Positions 1 through 9,353 of a stretch of DNA of 55,743 nucleotides are shown piece by piece. Source of the stretch: a virus. Its lineage: Duplodnaviria > Caudoviricetes. The translations under genes were made by a program, and so were the position numbers. The stretch lies in the IMG/VR virus record IMGVR_UViG_3300044711_000113, positions 1 through 55,743 of that record; one strand, given 5' to 3'. The notes beneath the pieces were generated by a model, which saw only the letters and a program-made list of their open reading frames with translations, was not told the origin of the DNA and made no database searches. How positions within the stretch are numbered: position 1 is the stretch's first letter; each line of letters opens with the position of its first letter.

Positions 1-487
1 GAACCAAGATCCCCCAGTCGACGTGGGTGTCGGCGCAGCACCGGGCGGCGCACCGCCGGACCCTTCGGCCGTGGCCGAAACACCGGCCGCGGCGGATGCC
101 CCGACTGTCGACGACCAGCCGGTCGACGACGAGCTCGAGGACGACGAGGCGCAAGTTGTGCACCTGGCCGTGACCGAGGTTGTGGCGGTAGGCGACGGGC
201 CTGGCCTCGAGCCGCTCGCCCGGCTCCTGCTCGACATCGCCGCCGCGCTCGGCATGCACCCGCATGTGGTCGACTACCAGCCCCGCGCGGGCGGCTTCGT
301 CGTCCCGCGTGAGCTCGCCGAGGCCTACGCCGCGCACACGGCAGAAACCGGCGACCATGGCCCGGTCGAGGCGCCGAAAGGCTCCCGGCAGAAACGAGCC
401 GCCACCGTCAAACCGCCGGTAGCCCGCAAGGCGACCGGCCGCAAGGCGGCGGCGAAGAAGGAAGGCGGCGACGGCGATGGCCGATAA
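1..487 (+). CDS. Hypothetical virion-region protein, probably 5'-truncated
   Basis: The frame is open from the window start; acidic, Pro/Ala-rich N-part and Lys-rich C-terminus; overlaps the start of the major tail gene. Confidence 0.55.
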   Translation, partial: NQDPPVDVGVGAAPGGAPPDPSAVAETPAAADAPTVDDQPVDDELEDDEAQVVHLAVTEVVAVGDGPGLEPLARLLLDIAAALGMHPHVVDYQPRAGGFVVPRELAEAYAAHTAETGDHGPVEAPKGSRQKRAATVKPPVARKATGRKAAAKKEGGDGDGR

Positions 488-1439
488 GACGTTCAAGATG
501 GCCGGCGGAACGGTCATGCGTGTGACCGCCGTCGACGCCTGCGGTGTGCCGCAGAACTGCTCGATCGTCAGCCGCTGCGTCGCCACCGTGCAGATCACCC
601 CGCAATATGTGGACCCGCAGGACTTGTCCCCGGTCAACATGGACGGGTCGCTGTGCTGGGTGTTCCAAACCCCGCCGCAGCTCAAATGGGAGCAGTACAC
701 GATCACGCTCAACGCGGTGAACCTGCGCGCGTGGGCGATGCTGACCGGTGCCGCGCTCTATTTCAACGAGGCGTCGCCGACACCCGAAGCTGTCGGCGTG
801 TCCACCAGCCGCAACCAGGTGATCAACGCGAACGCGGGGATCGAGCTGTGGAAGCGGCAGGCCAACGAGCCCTGCGTCGATCCGACTCAAACCCCGTATG
901 TGTATTGGGTCGGGCCGTGGATCACACAGGGCAAGATCGGCGAGCAGACCGTCGGCAACTCGGTCGTCACCGGAGTGATCGAAGGTGCCCGCTCGGGTGT
1001 GCCGTCGCCGTGGGGTGTCGGCCCGTACAACGTCGAGCGGTTCGCGGCCGGTGTGAACGCCGGCAACCCGCGCCCGCTGTTGACCGCGATCGGCACCACG
1101 CAAGGCGACGAGGAGCTCTCCCGGGAGCTGGTGACCACGCTGCCGCCGCCGGCACCGTACGACGTGTGTCTCGACCCGACATCGCCGGTCTTTTCGGTCA
1201 CGCCCACGTCCGGGGCGTCGCCGCTGTTGGTGACCGGCACCTTCCCGCTCTACCCGGGGACGTCCACGCCGATTCTGCCGGCCCGCATCGACTGGGGCGA
1301 CGCTACCGCGGTCGACGTGGTCACCTCCGGGACGACCAAGACGCACACGTACGCCACGCCGGGTACCCGGGTGGCCACCTTTACCCCGACGGCGTACAGC
1401 TCGCCGAACTACGTCTCGGCGTCCATCACCGCCTCGTAA
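477..1439 (+). CDS. Major tail (tube) protein with C-terminal PKD/Ig-like domain
   Basis: N-terminal 'MRVTAVDACG' resembles cluster B-type actinophage tail tubes; C-terminal 'IDWGD...THTYATPG' is a PKD signature; position upstream of adaptor and tape measure. Confidence 0.8.
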   Translation: MADKTFKMAGGTVMRVTAVDACGVPQNCSIVSRCVATVQITPQYVDPQDLSPVNMDGSLCWVFQTPPQLKWEQYTITLNAVNLRAWAMLTGAALYFNEASPTPEAVGVSTSRNQVINANAGIELWKRQANEPCVDPTQTPYVYWVGPWITQGKIGEQTVGNSVVTGVIEGARSGVPSPWGVGPYNVERFAAGVNAGNPRPLLTAIGTTQGDEELSRELVTTLPPPAPYDVCLDPTSPVFSVTPTSGASPLLVTGTFPLYPGTSTPILPARIDWGDATAVDVVTSGTTKTHTYATPGTRVATFTPTAYSSPNYVSASITAS

Positions 1440-1457
1440 CCACGAAGGGAAACGATC

Positions 1458-2027
1458 ATGGCATTGGCGAAACTGCCCTTCAGCGTGGCGGCGGGTGCGA
1501 ACGCGACGCTGTTCACCGGGGCCGGCGGCGTCTACGGGATCATGGTTAAGGAAGTGACCGGCGTCGCCGCGGCTGGGCTGCTGCAGGTCTTCGACAACAC
1601 CGCCGCATCCGGCACCGTCCTCGCGCCGCTGCGGCTGCCCGCCGACGGCGAGGACTATTTCGAGTGGGACAAGGGCGTCAAGTTCGGCACCGGTCTGACC
1701 GTTGCCGCGACCGGCGCCGACATCCAGGGCATGATCCTGTACGGGTCGAGCGGTGGCCTGCGCGCTAAGCCGTTCGCGGGCGCCGACCTGGGCCTGTTCA
1801 CCGGGGCGTGTTTCCTCGACTCGGTGCTCGCCGCCGAAACCGCGGGCGCTGCCGCCGAATGGCGGCTCTACGACAACACGGCCATCTCGGGTACCCCGAT
1901 GATGGGCATCACCCACGCGGCGAATGAGACACGGCATCTCAAGTTCCGCAAGGGTGTCAACATCGGCACCGGCCTGTTCTACGACCAGCAGAGCGGCGCC
2001 GCCAGCGGCGCGGCCTACATCTACTAG
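1458..2027 (+). CDS. Virion structural/decoration-like protein made of two tandem ~90-aa repeats
   Basis: RBS AAGGGA; internal duplication LFTG...FDNTAASGT...KGVKFGTGL and LFTG...YDNTAISGT...KGVNIGTGL. Confidence 0.6.
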   Translation: MALAKLPFSVAAGANATLFTGAGGVYGIMVKEVTGVAAAGLLQVFDNTAASGTVLAPLRLPADGEDYFEWDKGVKFGTGLTVAATGADIQGMILYGSSGGLRAKPFAGADLGLFTGACFLDSVLAAETAGAAAEWRLYDNTAISGTPMMGITHAANETRHLKFRKGVNIGTGLFYDQQSGAASGAAYIY

Positions 2028-2038
2028 GAGGTACGGCC

Positions 2039-2593
2039 ATGGCCGGCGGATCGCTCACACTCACGGTCAACTCTTCGCGCAAGCTGCAGCAGGTCGCCGA
2101 GCGGCTCCTGTGCTGGGTTGCGGCAGGCAACCGGGACAAGATCCAGGTTCAGATGAGCCCTGGAAACCTCAAGTTCGGCCTGCGGGTGCCCGAGGAAGTC
2201 TTCGGTGCGGGCGCGCTCAACTTGAAGCGCGGCGGCACGAACCTGGTCGCCGGCTACGTCGCCGGAACCAACATCGTCGTCGACGTCGCCGACGCTGACG
2301 CCATCTCGCAAAACGTCAACACCTGCCCGGCGTCGACGCTGCAGCCGACCACCACGGCCAGCCTCACCAAGTCGGTCGGTGGTGATCCGCGCGCGGTCAC
2401 GCTCGCCTACGCAAACGCGGGCGGCGCCGGCACCGTCAACATCAGCTGGGGTGACGGGACGTCGACGCTCGGCGCGGCCGAATCGGGCAGCTCCAACCAC
2501 ACCTACCCGGACGTGGGCACGTGGACGATCTCGGTAGCTGACGCGTCGGACACGACCGCGCCGGTTGCCACGTTCGCTGTCGCCATCCCGTAA
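2039..2593 (+). CDS. PKD-domain virion protein
   Basis: RBS AGGAGG; 'ISWGDGT...NHTYPDVGTWTISV' PKD motif. Confidence 0.7.
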   Translation: MAGGSLTLTVNSSRKLQQVAERLLCWVAAGNRDKIQVQMSPGNLKFGLRVPEEVFGAGALNLKRGGTNLVAGYVAGTNIVVDVADADAISQNVNTCPASTLQPTTTASLTKSVGGDPRAVTLAYANAGGAGTVNISWGDGTSTLGAAESGSSNHTYPDVGTWTISVADASDTTAPVATFAVAIP

Positions 2594-2612
2594 CACCGTC
2601 CAGGAGACGCGA

Positions 2613-2682
2613 AGGGCGGCGGCGCCGCAGCCTGGGGGACTGCCTATCCCCTAAAGCTGACGGTCGCCGCCGCCCTGTTTTG
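2613..2682 (+). terminator. Putative intrinsic terminator
   Basis: Long GC stem AGGGCGGCGGCG...CGCCGCCGCCCT followed by GTTTTG. Confidence 0.55.
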
Positions 2683-2788
2683 CTCGGCGCCAAAGCGTCT
2701 TGTTTGACGGTCCAGCCGGGGCCGTCGACGCCTTGCCGCCGATCTCCCGGCCACCTAGCCCGTGGCCTGAGAAAGGAGCAAGATCCGT

Positions 2789-3355
2789 ATGTCTGCTGTC
2801 CCCTATGATCTCGTCCCCAAGTCCCGTGGTGTTACATACGACGGAACGAACTCGGCGGACCTGGACGCCCTGCTCGACATCGTCATCACGGCAGAATCGG
2901 GTGGCCGACTGGACTTCACCAGCGACACCGGAATCTTCTACGCGCTAGAAGGCTGGTGCCTGACCTACCGTCAGGACGGCATCGTCACCGATTCGGTGGA
3001 CCCCACCCGGTTCTCCCATGAGCTGGTGAGACTGCCCGATTTCGCCGCGCAGCAAACCAACCTGACAAGTCTTGACGACCGCATCGACGGCCTCGAGGGG
3101 CAGCCGGTCGTGCTCGGCGCCGGGGTGCTCACCCTCACCGCCGGGCCGGGCGACACCACCGTCACCGTCGACATCCAGCCGGCGCAAGCCGACAGCTCGT
3201 GGACGCCGCGGGCGCAACTGTTCGGCGGGGTCAACCTGGGCAACCTGTCGGTCACCGCCCTGTCGGTGGTCGACGAGAACACGGCCAGCGTCACCATCCA
3301 CAACACGGGCCTCGTCGGGCTCGGAGTCAGCGTGCTGGTTACGGCAATCCCGTAA
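2789..3355 (+). CDS. Hypothetical virion protein
   Basis: RBS AAAGGAG; 188-aa ORF within the structural module. Confidence 0.6.
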   Translation: MSAVPYDLVPKSRGVTYDGTNSADLDALLDIVITAESGGRLDFTSDTGIFYALEGWCLTYRQDGIVTDSVDPTRFSHELVRLPDFAAQQTNLTSLDDRIDGLEGQPVVLGAGVLTLTAGPGDTTVTVDIQPAQADSSWTPRAQLFGGVNLGNLSVTALSVVDENTASVTIHNTGLVGLGVSVLVTAIP

Positions 3356-3394
3356 CGTAAACTGCTGATCAAATCGCGCGGAAGGGGCAGCAGG

Positions 3395-4201
3395 ATGGCA
3401 GCACCTTGCAACTGGACCGTTGACACATCCTGTTGCCCCGGCTGGGCCGAAATCGATCAAACGATCCGCGACAACGCGGTCACCCTGTCGTCGTATGTGC
3501 TGTGGGCGTTGACCGGGCGCCAGTTCGGCGACTGCCCGATCGTGGTCCGCCCCTGCGGCCAGCAAATCGGGCAAACCTATCGAACCTATGGTGTGTGGAC
3601 CGACGGGTACTACGACGGGTCGATCGGCCCGAACTGGACACCCTACGTGGATGTTGGCGGCGCATGGCGTAACTGCGGCTGCGCGTCCGCCTGCAGCTGC
3701 GTGCCCAGCTCGCAAGTGAAACTGGCCGGGCCGGTCACCGCGATAACCGAGGTGCTCGTCAACGGCCTGGTCGTCCCCGCCTCCGACTACCGCGTCGACG
3801 TCGCGCAGGGCATCTACTGGCTCGTCGCCGAAAACGGGCGTGTCTGGCCCGACTGCCAGGACTTCAACCAGCCCGCGAACGGGTCTAACGCCTTCCAGGT
3901 CACCTACACGCGCGGGCACGCGCTGCCCGCGGGCGGACCGCAAATCAACGGCCTGTTGGCGTGCGAATTCGCGAAGCTGTGCGCCGGGCAGGCGTGCGCC
4001 CTGTCGCCGGCCGCGACGTCGATCAGCCGCGACGGGGTCACCTACGAGATCCTCGCCGCCGAAGATTTGATCGCCAAAGGGTTCACGCCGATGGCGAACG
4101 TCAATCAGTGGGTGTTCGCGGCGAACCCGAGAGGCCTGATCCAACGGCCGCGGGTGTTCTCCTTCGACGACGACGAACCCCGCTACACACTCATCTCCTA
4201 G
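3395..4201 (+). CDS. Head-to-tail adaptor
   Basis: 'LWALTGRQFGDCPIVVRPC', 'WPDCQD', 'LACEFAKLC', 'SISRDGVTY' match cluster B-type adaptors; synteny. Confidence 0.75.
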   Translation: MAAPCNWTVDTSCCPGWAEIDQTIRDNAVTLSSYVLWALTGRQFGDCPIVVRPCGQQIGQTYRTYGVWTDGYYDGSIGPNWTPYVDVGGAWRNCGCASACSCVPSSQVKLAGPVTAITEVLVNGLVVPASDYRVDVAQGIYWLVAENGRVWPDCQDFNQPANGSNAFQVTYTRGHALPAGGPQINGLLACEFAKLCAGQACALSPAATSISRDGVTYEILAAEDLIAKGFTPMANVNQWVFAANPRGLIQRPRVFSFDDDEPRYTLIS

Positions 4202-4212
4202 GAAGGTGATCT

Positions 4213-4623
4213 ATGGCGATAGGACTGGCCACGCCGACCCGTAACGCCAACACCGACGCGACCACCGCCCGGTTCGACGCCGGCCCGGGCGCGGCCACGA
4301 TCGAGGTGCGTACGGGCGGTAAACCGGCCAACCCGCAAGCCGGGGCAACGGGCACACTGCTGTTCACGTTCACCCTGGCCGACCCGTCGTTCAGTGTGGC
4401 CGCGGTCGGTGTCGCGACCCTCGACGCCACCCCTGTGATCACCGCTGTGGCTGTCGCCGCCGGCACCGCAGGATGGTGGAGGGCCAAAGACTCGACCGGC
4501 GCGACGGTCATGGACGGCACCGCGGGCGTTGCCGGCACCGACATGATCCTCGACAATGCCACGGTCGCGATCGGGCAGAACATCAACCTGACCGCGGGCA
4601 CCATGACCACACCCGAAACATAG
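4213..4623 (+). CDS. Conserved phage structural hypothetical protein
   Basis: RBS AGGAAGG; Ala/Thr/Gly-rich, 'GTAGWWRAKDSTGATVMDG'. Confidence 0.6.
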   Translation: MAIGLATPTRNANTDATTARFDAGPGAATIEVRTGGKPANPQAGATGTLLFTFTLADPSFSVAAVGVATLDATPVITAVAVAAGTAGWWRAKDSTGATVMDGTAGVAGTDMILDNATVAIGQNINLTAGTMTTPET

Positions 4624-4638
4624 GGGAGGTGACAGGCG

Positions 4639-5835
4639 ATGGCTGTCGAACGGCTGCTCACTAACACCGCAAACCTTCAGTCGATCAACCAGGTTGGCGC
4701 CATCGGCGGCACCTCACATCAACTCGGCTGGAACTTCAAAACCAACGCGGCGGGTAAAAAGGTCGTCGCGATGTACGTCAAAATGAACAACGCCGGTGTG
4801 TTCGCTGCAGGAACCCGGGTCCAGCTGTGGAAGCGAGCATCGCCCATCAGCGCGTCGACGCTGATACAGAACATCGATATTGGTGGTCTGGCCGGAGCAG
4901 CCGGGCTCGAGATCGCGGTCCCCGGCGTTGCCCAGACGGCGTTGGTGCAGAACGACTTCTACTTCGCTACGATCTTCCACCCCGACACCGAGACATCGAA
5001 TTATTGGTTTAAGGGCGGTTTCGGTAATCCGGTCAATGGAAGCCTGTCGGGTAACTGCATTTTCAAAGACGGCGGCGTAGCCACGGTCCCACCCGACGAT
5101 GAGACGTTCGTCCTCGGCGGGTTCGCGGTCGACATCGCGATCGACGATGCAGCCGCCGACATCACCGCCACCCTGGCAATCACCCTGCCAGTGCCCACCG
5201 TCGCGGCGGCCGTCACCACCGCAGCCACCGCCACCCTCGACATTGTGCTGCCCGTCCCCGTCCTGGGCATGACCGCGACCGCGCCCGGTGTGGTCGTCGA
5301 CGACACCCTGTTCTCGCCGATCGCGCAACGCCTGCTGGACTGCTGGACGGCCCAGCTCGAGGCGCTGCCCGCCGCGCAACGCCCCGCCCGGATCGGGTTC
5401 CGCTTCGACGCGACCTTGCCGTCGATGGGCATCGCGTTGAACGAGGACGAGTGCAAATGCGGCTCGGCGTGGGTCCGTTTCGTCGACTGGTTCATCACCT
5501 CCGACGAAACCTTTCCTTCCTCCGACACTTCGCTGCAGGCTCAAATATGCCCGGCCGCGTACGGTCTTGTGCTCGAGCTGGGCATCGGCCGTTGCCCGCC
5601 GATCGGCACCGAGCAGGTCCTGCCCACGATCGCCGAGCTCAACGCCTTCCACGCGCAGGTGCTCGCCGACGTCCAGGCCATGCGCAAGACGATCAACTGC
5701 TGTTTCAACGCCATACCGTTGACCGTGCCCGACGATATGGTGATCGGGTCATGGCAGAAAACCGGCCCCGACGGCGCCTGTTTCCAACACGCGCTGTCCA
5801 TAACCATAAAGGTGATCAACTGCAATGAGTGCTGA
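4639..5835 (+). CDS. Tail terminator-like protein with an extra N-terminal beta-rich domain
   Basis: C-terminal 'LLDC...CKCGSAWVR...LELGIGRCPP...GPDGAC' resembles cluster B-type tail completion proteins; ~170-aa N-terminal domain plus Ala/Thr linker. Confidence 0.55.
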   Translation: MAVERLLTNTANLQSINQVGAIGGTSHQLGWNFKTNAAGKKVVAMYVKMNNAGVFAAGTRVQLWKRASPISASTLIQNIDIGGLAGAAGLEIAVPGVAQTALVQNDFYFATIFHPDTETSNYWFKGGFGNPVNGSLSGNCIFKDGGVATVPPDDETFVLGGFAVDIAIDDAAADITATLAITLPVPTVAAAVTTAATATLDIVLPVPVLGMTATAPGVVVDDTLFSPIAQRLLDCWTAQLEALPAAQRPARIGFRFDATLPSMGIALNEDECKCGSAWVRFVDWFITSDETFPSSDTSLQAQICPAAYGLVLELGIGRCPPIGTEQVLPTIAELNAFHAQVLADVQAMRKTINCCFNAIPLTVPDDMVIGSWQKTGPDGACFQHALSITIKVINCNEC

Positions 5836-6202
5836 CGAAGAAGTGACCGCGCAAGAGGCCGCGGAAGTGATCGCGATCCGTCTGGTGTTCTCGGTCGTCG
5901 GTGTGGGCGTCAAAGGCCAGATCGTCGACGTCGCACCCGAGCGGGCAGCCGAGCTCGTTTCGGCGCACGCCGCAGTGTTCCTCGACCCGCCCGCCGAGCC
6001 GGCGGCCGACACCGAGGACGTCGAAGCCGCCCCAGCCGGCGAGGAGAGCACGGAGGAGGCGACGACCGGTGGCAAGAGTGCGCGTCCGCGTGAAAGTCGA
6101 CCGCGCTCGAGCACGGGCCGACTCGATGCAAGTGGCGGAGCGGCTGGTGCTGCAGACGACACGCGGCACACAGAACCGGGCGAAGGTAACCTCGCCGGTT
6201 GA
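5825..6202 (+). CDS. Hypothetical acidic protein
   Basis: Start overlaps the upstream stop; 3' end overlaps the next gene. Confidence 0.5.
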   Translation: MSADEEVTAQEAAEVIAIRLVFSVVGVGVKGQIVDVAPERAAELVSAHAAVFLDPPAEPAADTEDVEAAPAGEESTEEATTGGKSARPRESRPRSSTGRLDASGGAAGAADDTRHTEPGEGNLAG

Positions 6203-6500
6203 TACCGGCCTGATGCGGGCCTCGCACGTGGTGAAGGTGGTCCGCCACTTCACCCGCGTGGTCGGTACCGTCCGCGTGCTCGTGCCCTACGCGGTGCCCG
6301 TGCACGACGGATGGTCACGCACCGAGCCGATCTTCCCCGTGAACAAGAAAGCTCTCAAGTTCAAGATCGCCGGCCGGACGGTGATCGTGAAAGCGGTCTA
6401 CTCGCCCGCCCACGCGCGCGGGCGACCGTGGCTGTACGAGTCGCTGGTCGAGGTCGCCACCCCGCGCGGGTTCCGCGTCAGCCGGACACACCACCTATGA
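6069..6500 (+). CDS. HK97 gp10-like neck/tail completion protein
   Basis: GTG after GGAGGAGG; 'SPVDTGLMRASH', 'YAVPVHDG', 'RGRPWL' motifs. Confidence 0.7.
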   Translation: MARVRVRVKVDRARARADSMQVAERLVLQTTRGTQNRAKVTSPVDTGLMRASHVVKVVRHFTRVVGTVRVLVPYAVPVHDGWSRTEPIFPVNKKALKFKIAGRTVIVKAVYSPAHARGRPWLYESLVEVATPRGFRVSRTHHL

Positions 6501-6507
6501 TGTCGGT

Positions 6508-6966
6508 GTGACCACCGTAGACACACCCACCGAGTTTCAGATCACGTTCGAGAACCGCGACATGCGGGTCATCCTGCCGAACGAAGACCAGCTCGCCGTG
6601 CTGATCGCCTCCCAGGAGTTCTTCCGCCGGCACATGCGCCGCATGGACGAGATCCTCCCCGAGCTCGAGGCGCTCGGCGCCGCCCGCACCGCCGAGCATC
6701 CGGTCGTGCAGGAAGCCGCTCGGCTCAACCGGGAGGGCATGAAACACGCCGGCCGGTTCCAAACCATCCTGCAGACCCTGCTGCTCGACCAGGCCGACTG
6801 GGACTTCATCCAGGACGGCATGGCCGACAAGTCGATCAAGTGGCAGCACGTCGCCGACATCCCGGCCCTGATCATCGAGGCGCACAACGCCCAAACCGGC
6901 GAGCCGCTCGGCGGCAACCGCGCGACGCGCCGGGCGAAGAAGACCACCGGCCGACTGGCCCGATAA
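6508..6966 (+). CDS. Tail assembly chaperone (G-like)
   Basis: Two ORFs before the tape measure; C-terminal 'NRATRRA' motif typical of actinophage chaperones. Confidence 0.65.
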   Translation: MTTVDTPTEFQITFENRDMRVILPNEDQLAVLIASQEFFRRHMRRMDEILPELEALGAARTAEHPVVQEAARLNREGMKHAGRFQTILQTLLLDQADWDFIQDGMADKSIKWQHVADIPALIIEAHNAQTGEPLGGNRATRRAKKTTGRLAR

Positions 6967-6969
6967 CCC

Positions 6970-7542
6970 ATGGAGGCGCTCGCAGCCCTGCGCCTGTGGG
7001 CGTACGAGAGAACCTTCCCGAACGTGCTCGGCGCGAACGGCTACCCGCACATCTTCCGTATCCCGCCGCTACCCGCCGCCGACTGGCTCATCGCCAGCTT
7101 CGAAACCGGACACCTGTCCTACCTGCCCGGCCTGCTCGGCGACGACGAGCGCGAGCTGCTCATGGACGCCCAATACGAAGGCCACGTCACCCACGACGAC
7201 CTTGTGCAGGCCAACCGCGACGCACTCGAGATGATCTCAGGGTGGCCGTGGTGGTCGGCCGGGAAGCTAATGGGTGTCCTCTACCACCAGTTCGACATGG
7301 TGGGCGGCCTGCTCATCATGTCCGGTGTCGACCTACAGCGGCAGCCGCTCGCCGCCGTGCTCGCCGCGGTGAACGCGAAAATCCTCGAGTACAAGTCGAA
7401 GGAAGACCGGACGAAGTGGCTCAACGAGCTGGCCATGCCACCGGCCGACATGCTCGACCACGACAACTGGAACGAAGAGGCCGCCGAGCGTGCCCTCGAA
7501 ATGATGATGGCCAACGGCGGCGCCGGCTACGGCGACGAGTAG
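6970..7542 (+). CDS. Tail assembly chaperone (T-like)
   Basis: Directly upstream of the tape measure; same frame as the preceding ORF. Confidence 0.6.
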   Translation: MEALAALRLWAYERTFPNVLGANGYPHIFRIPPLPAADWLIASFETGHLSYLPGLLGDDERELLMDAQYEGHVTHDDLVQANRDALEMISGWPWWSAGKLMGVLYHQFDMVGGLLIMSGVDLQRQPLAAVLAAVNAKILEYKSKEDRTKWLNELAMPPADMLDHDNWNEEAAERALEMMMANGGAGYGDE

Positions 7543-7616
7543 AACACCTCGAGCAAAAACCCGACGCCCCACGTCACCTTGCGTGCGTGGGGTGTTTGTG
7601 TCTCTAGGGTGATCGT

Positions 7617-9353
7617 GTGGCAGTCGGGCGGAAGGAAGGCGAGGCCTTTATCGAGGTCGTCGCCGAAACCGAACGGTACGAGCGTGAGCTTGAACGCTCG
7701 ATCGACCGTGCCACCCGCGCCGCCTCGAAAAGCGACAAATACGACGGTCTTGTGCATGCGCTCGGCGACGCCGGGGAGCGCAGCGGCGACGAGTGGGAAG
7801 TCCGGTTCCTGCGCGCGTTGCGCCGGCACCGCCCCGAGATCGTGCACGACCTATCCAAGGTCGGTGAGGTGGCCGGCTCCGGGTTCGCCGAGCTGTTCAC
7901 CGGGGAGATCTTCCGGGCCGGGTCCTCGTTCTTCGGTCAGGGCGGCAAGCTAGGCGAGTTCTTCTCGTTCCTCGGCTCGGGCATATCGAAGATCGGCGCG
8001 GCGTTGATCGCGCCCGAATTCCTGGCCGGCCTCGGCGGGTTCCTCATCACCGCCGGCATCCTCGTGGTGGTCATTCCCCTATTGACCTCGGCCGTGTTCG
8101 CGCTGGGCGGCGCGCTGTTCTCGCTGATCGGCCTGCTCGGCGCGGTGCCCGGCATCGGGCTCGGGCTGATCGCCACCTTGGCGCCGCTCGTGCTGGTGTT
8201 CATCGGATTGGGCGACGCGATAAGCGCGCTCGTATCCGGCGACATGGACAAATTCAACGAATCGCTCAAGAAGCTGACACCGTCGGCCGCGGGTGTTCTC
8301 CGCGAATTCAAGTCCCTTATGCCCGTATTCTCACAGATCCGTAAGAGCGTGCAGGAAGCGTTCTTCGGCCGGATCTCTGGCGACTTCACGCGCCTGATCA
8401 ACGCGATAGCCGGCCCGCTCAACGGCGGACTGTCCAACGTGGCCTTTGCCCTCGGCGGGGTCGTCTCCCAGCTGCTCCAGCTGCTGGCCACCCCCAAGTT
8501 TGTGACCTTCCTGGCGAACCTGTTCGAACATGTGGCCGACGGAATCAACCGCGGCGGCCCCGTCCTGATCCACTTCCTCGACTCGATGTTCACCATCGCC
8601 AATGCGTCGCTACCTGCCATCTCGGCATTCTTCGACCGGCTCGGCGAAGGCGTCGAGAAGTTCGCGAGCTTCCTCGAGCGCTCGGTCGCCGACGGCTCCT
8701 TTCAGAGCTTCCTCGAGTCGGCGTTCACCACCATGTCCGACCTGGGCGACGTCACAGGCGAGCTTCTGGGCCTGCTCAAAGACATGTTCGGCACGACCGA
8801 CGAGGCGGGGCAGCGGTTCCTCGAGGACGTCGCCGAGTCGATCAAGCGGCTGCGTGAATTCTTCCAGTCCCCGGACGGTAAAGAATTCATCGAAAACATG
8901 ATCACCTTGGCGCACGATTTCGGCATCATCCTGATTTGGGTAGCCGAGCAGGTCGCTAACCTGATCCACCTTTTCGCGATGGCTATCGAGGCTTTCGATG
9001 ACGCAGGCGACGCCCTCGAGCGGTTCTTCAACCGGACTAAAGCCTTCGGCGGTAACCCGCTGGTCGGGTTCATCGCCGGGTTCCTGCCCGGATTCGCCCG
9101 CGGCGGCATCACCGACGGCCCGTCGCTGGCCGGCGAAGCCGGCGACGAGGCGATCATCCCGCTCGACGATCCCGCCCGCGCCCGCGCGGTCGCGCAGGAC
9201 CCGCGCGTGACTGCGGTCCTCGGCGACCCGAACATGACCGTCTACGCCGTGTTCGACGGCGAACCTTTCCAGGCCCGCATAGTCAAGACCATCCGCAGCT
9301 CGAACAAGGGCACCGCGCGGACCCTGGCGCAGCAACCGAGGTTGGTGGGATAG
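7617..9353 (+). CDS. Tape measure protein (578 aa)
   Basis: N-terminal 'GEAFIEVVAET', hydrophobic stretch, helical repeats with periodic F, C-terminal 'FARGG...AGEAGDEAIIPL'. Confidence 0.85.
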   Translation: MAVGRKEGEAFIEVVAETERYERELERSIDRATRAASKSDKYDGLVHALGDAGERSGDEWEVRFLRALRRHRPEIVHDLSKVGEVAGSGFAELFTGEIFRAGSSFFGQGGKLGEFFSFLGSGISKIGAALIAPEFLAGLGGFLITAGILVVVIPLLTSAVFALGGALFSLIGLLGAVPGIGLGLIATLAPLVLVFIGLGDAISALVSGDMDKFNESLKKLTPSAAGVLREFKSLMPVFSQIRKSVQEAFFGRISGDFTRLINAIAGPLNGGLSNVAFALGGVVSQLLQLLATPKFVTFLANLFEHVADGINRGGPVLIHFLDSMFTIANASLPAISAFFDRLGEGVEKFASFLERSVADGSFQSFLESAFTTMSDLGDVTGELLGLLKDMFGTTDEAGQRFLEDVAESIKRLREFFQSPDGKEFIENMITLAHDFGIILIWVAEQVANLIHLFAMAIEAFDDAGDALERFFNRTKAFGGNPLVGFIAGFLPGFARGGITDGPSLAGEAGDEAIIPLDDPARARAVAQDPRVTAVLGDPNMTVYAVFDGEPFQARIVKTIRSSNKGTARTLAQQPRLVG

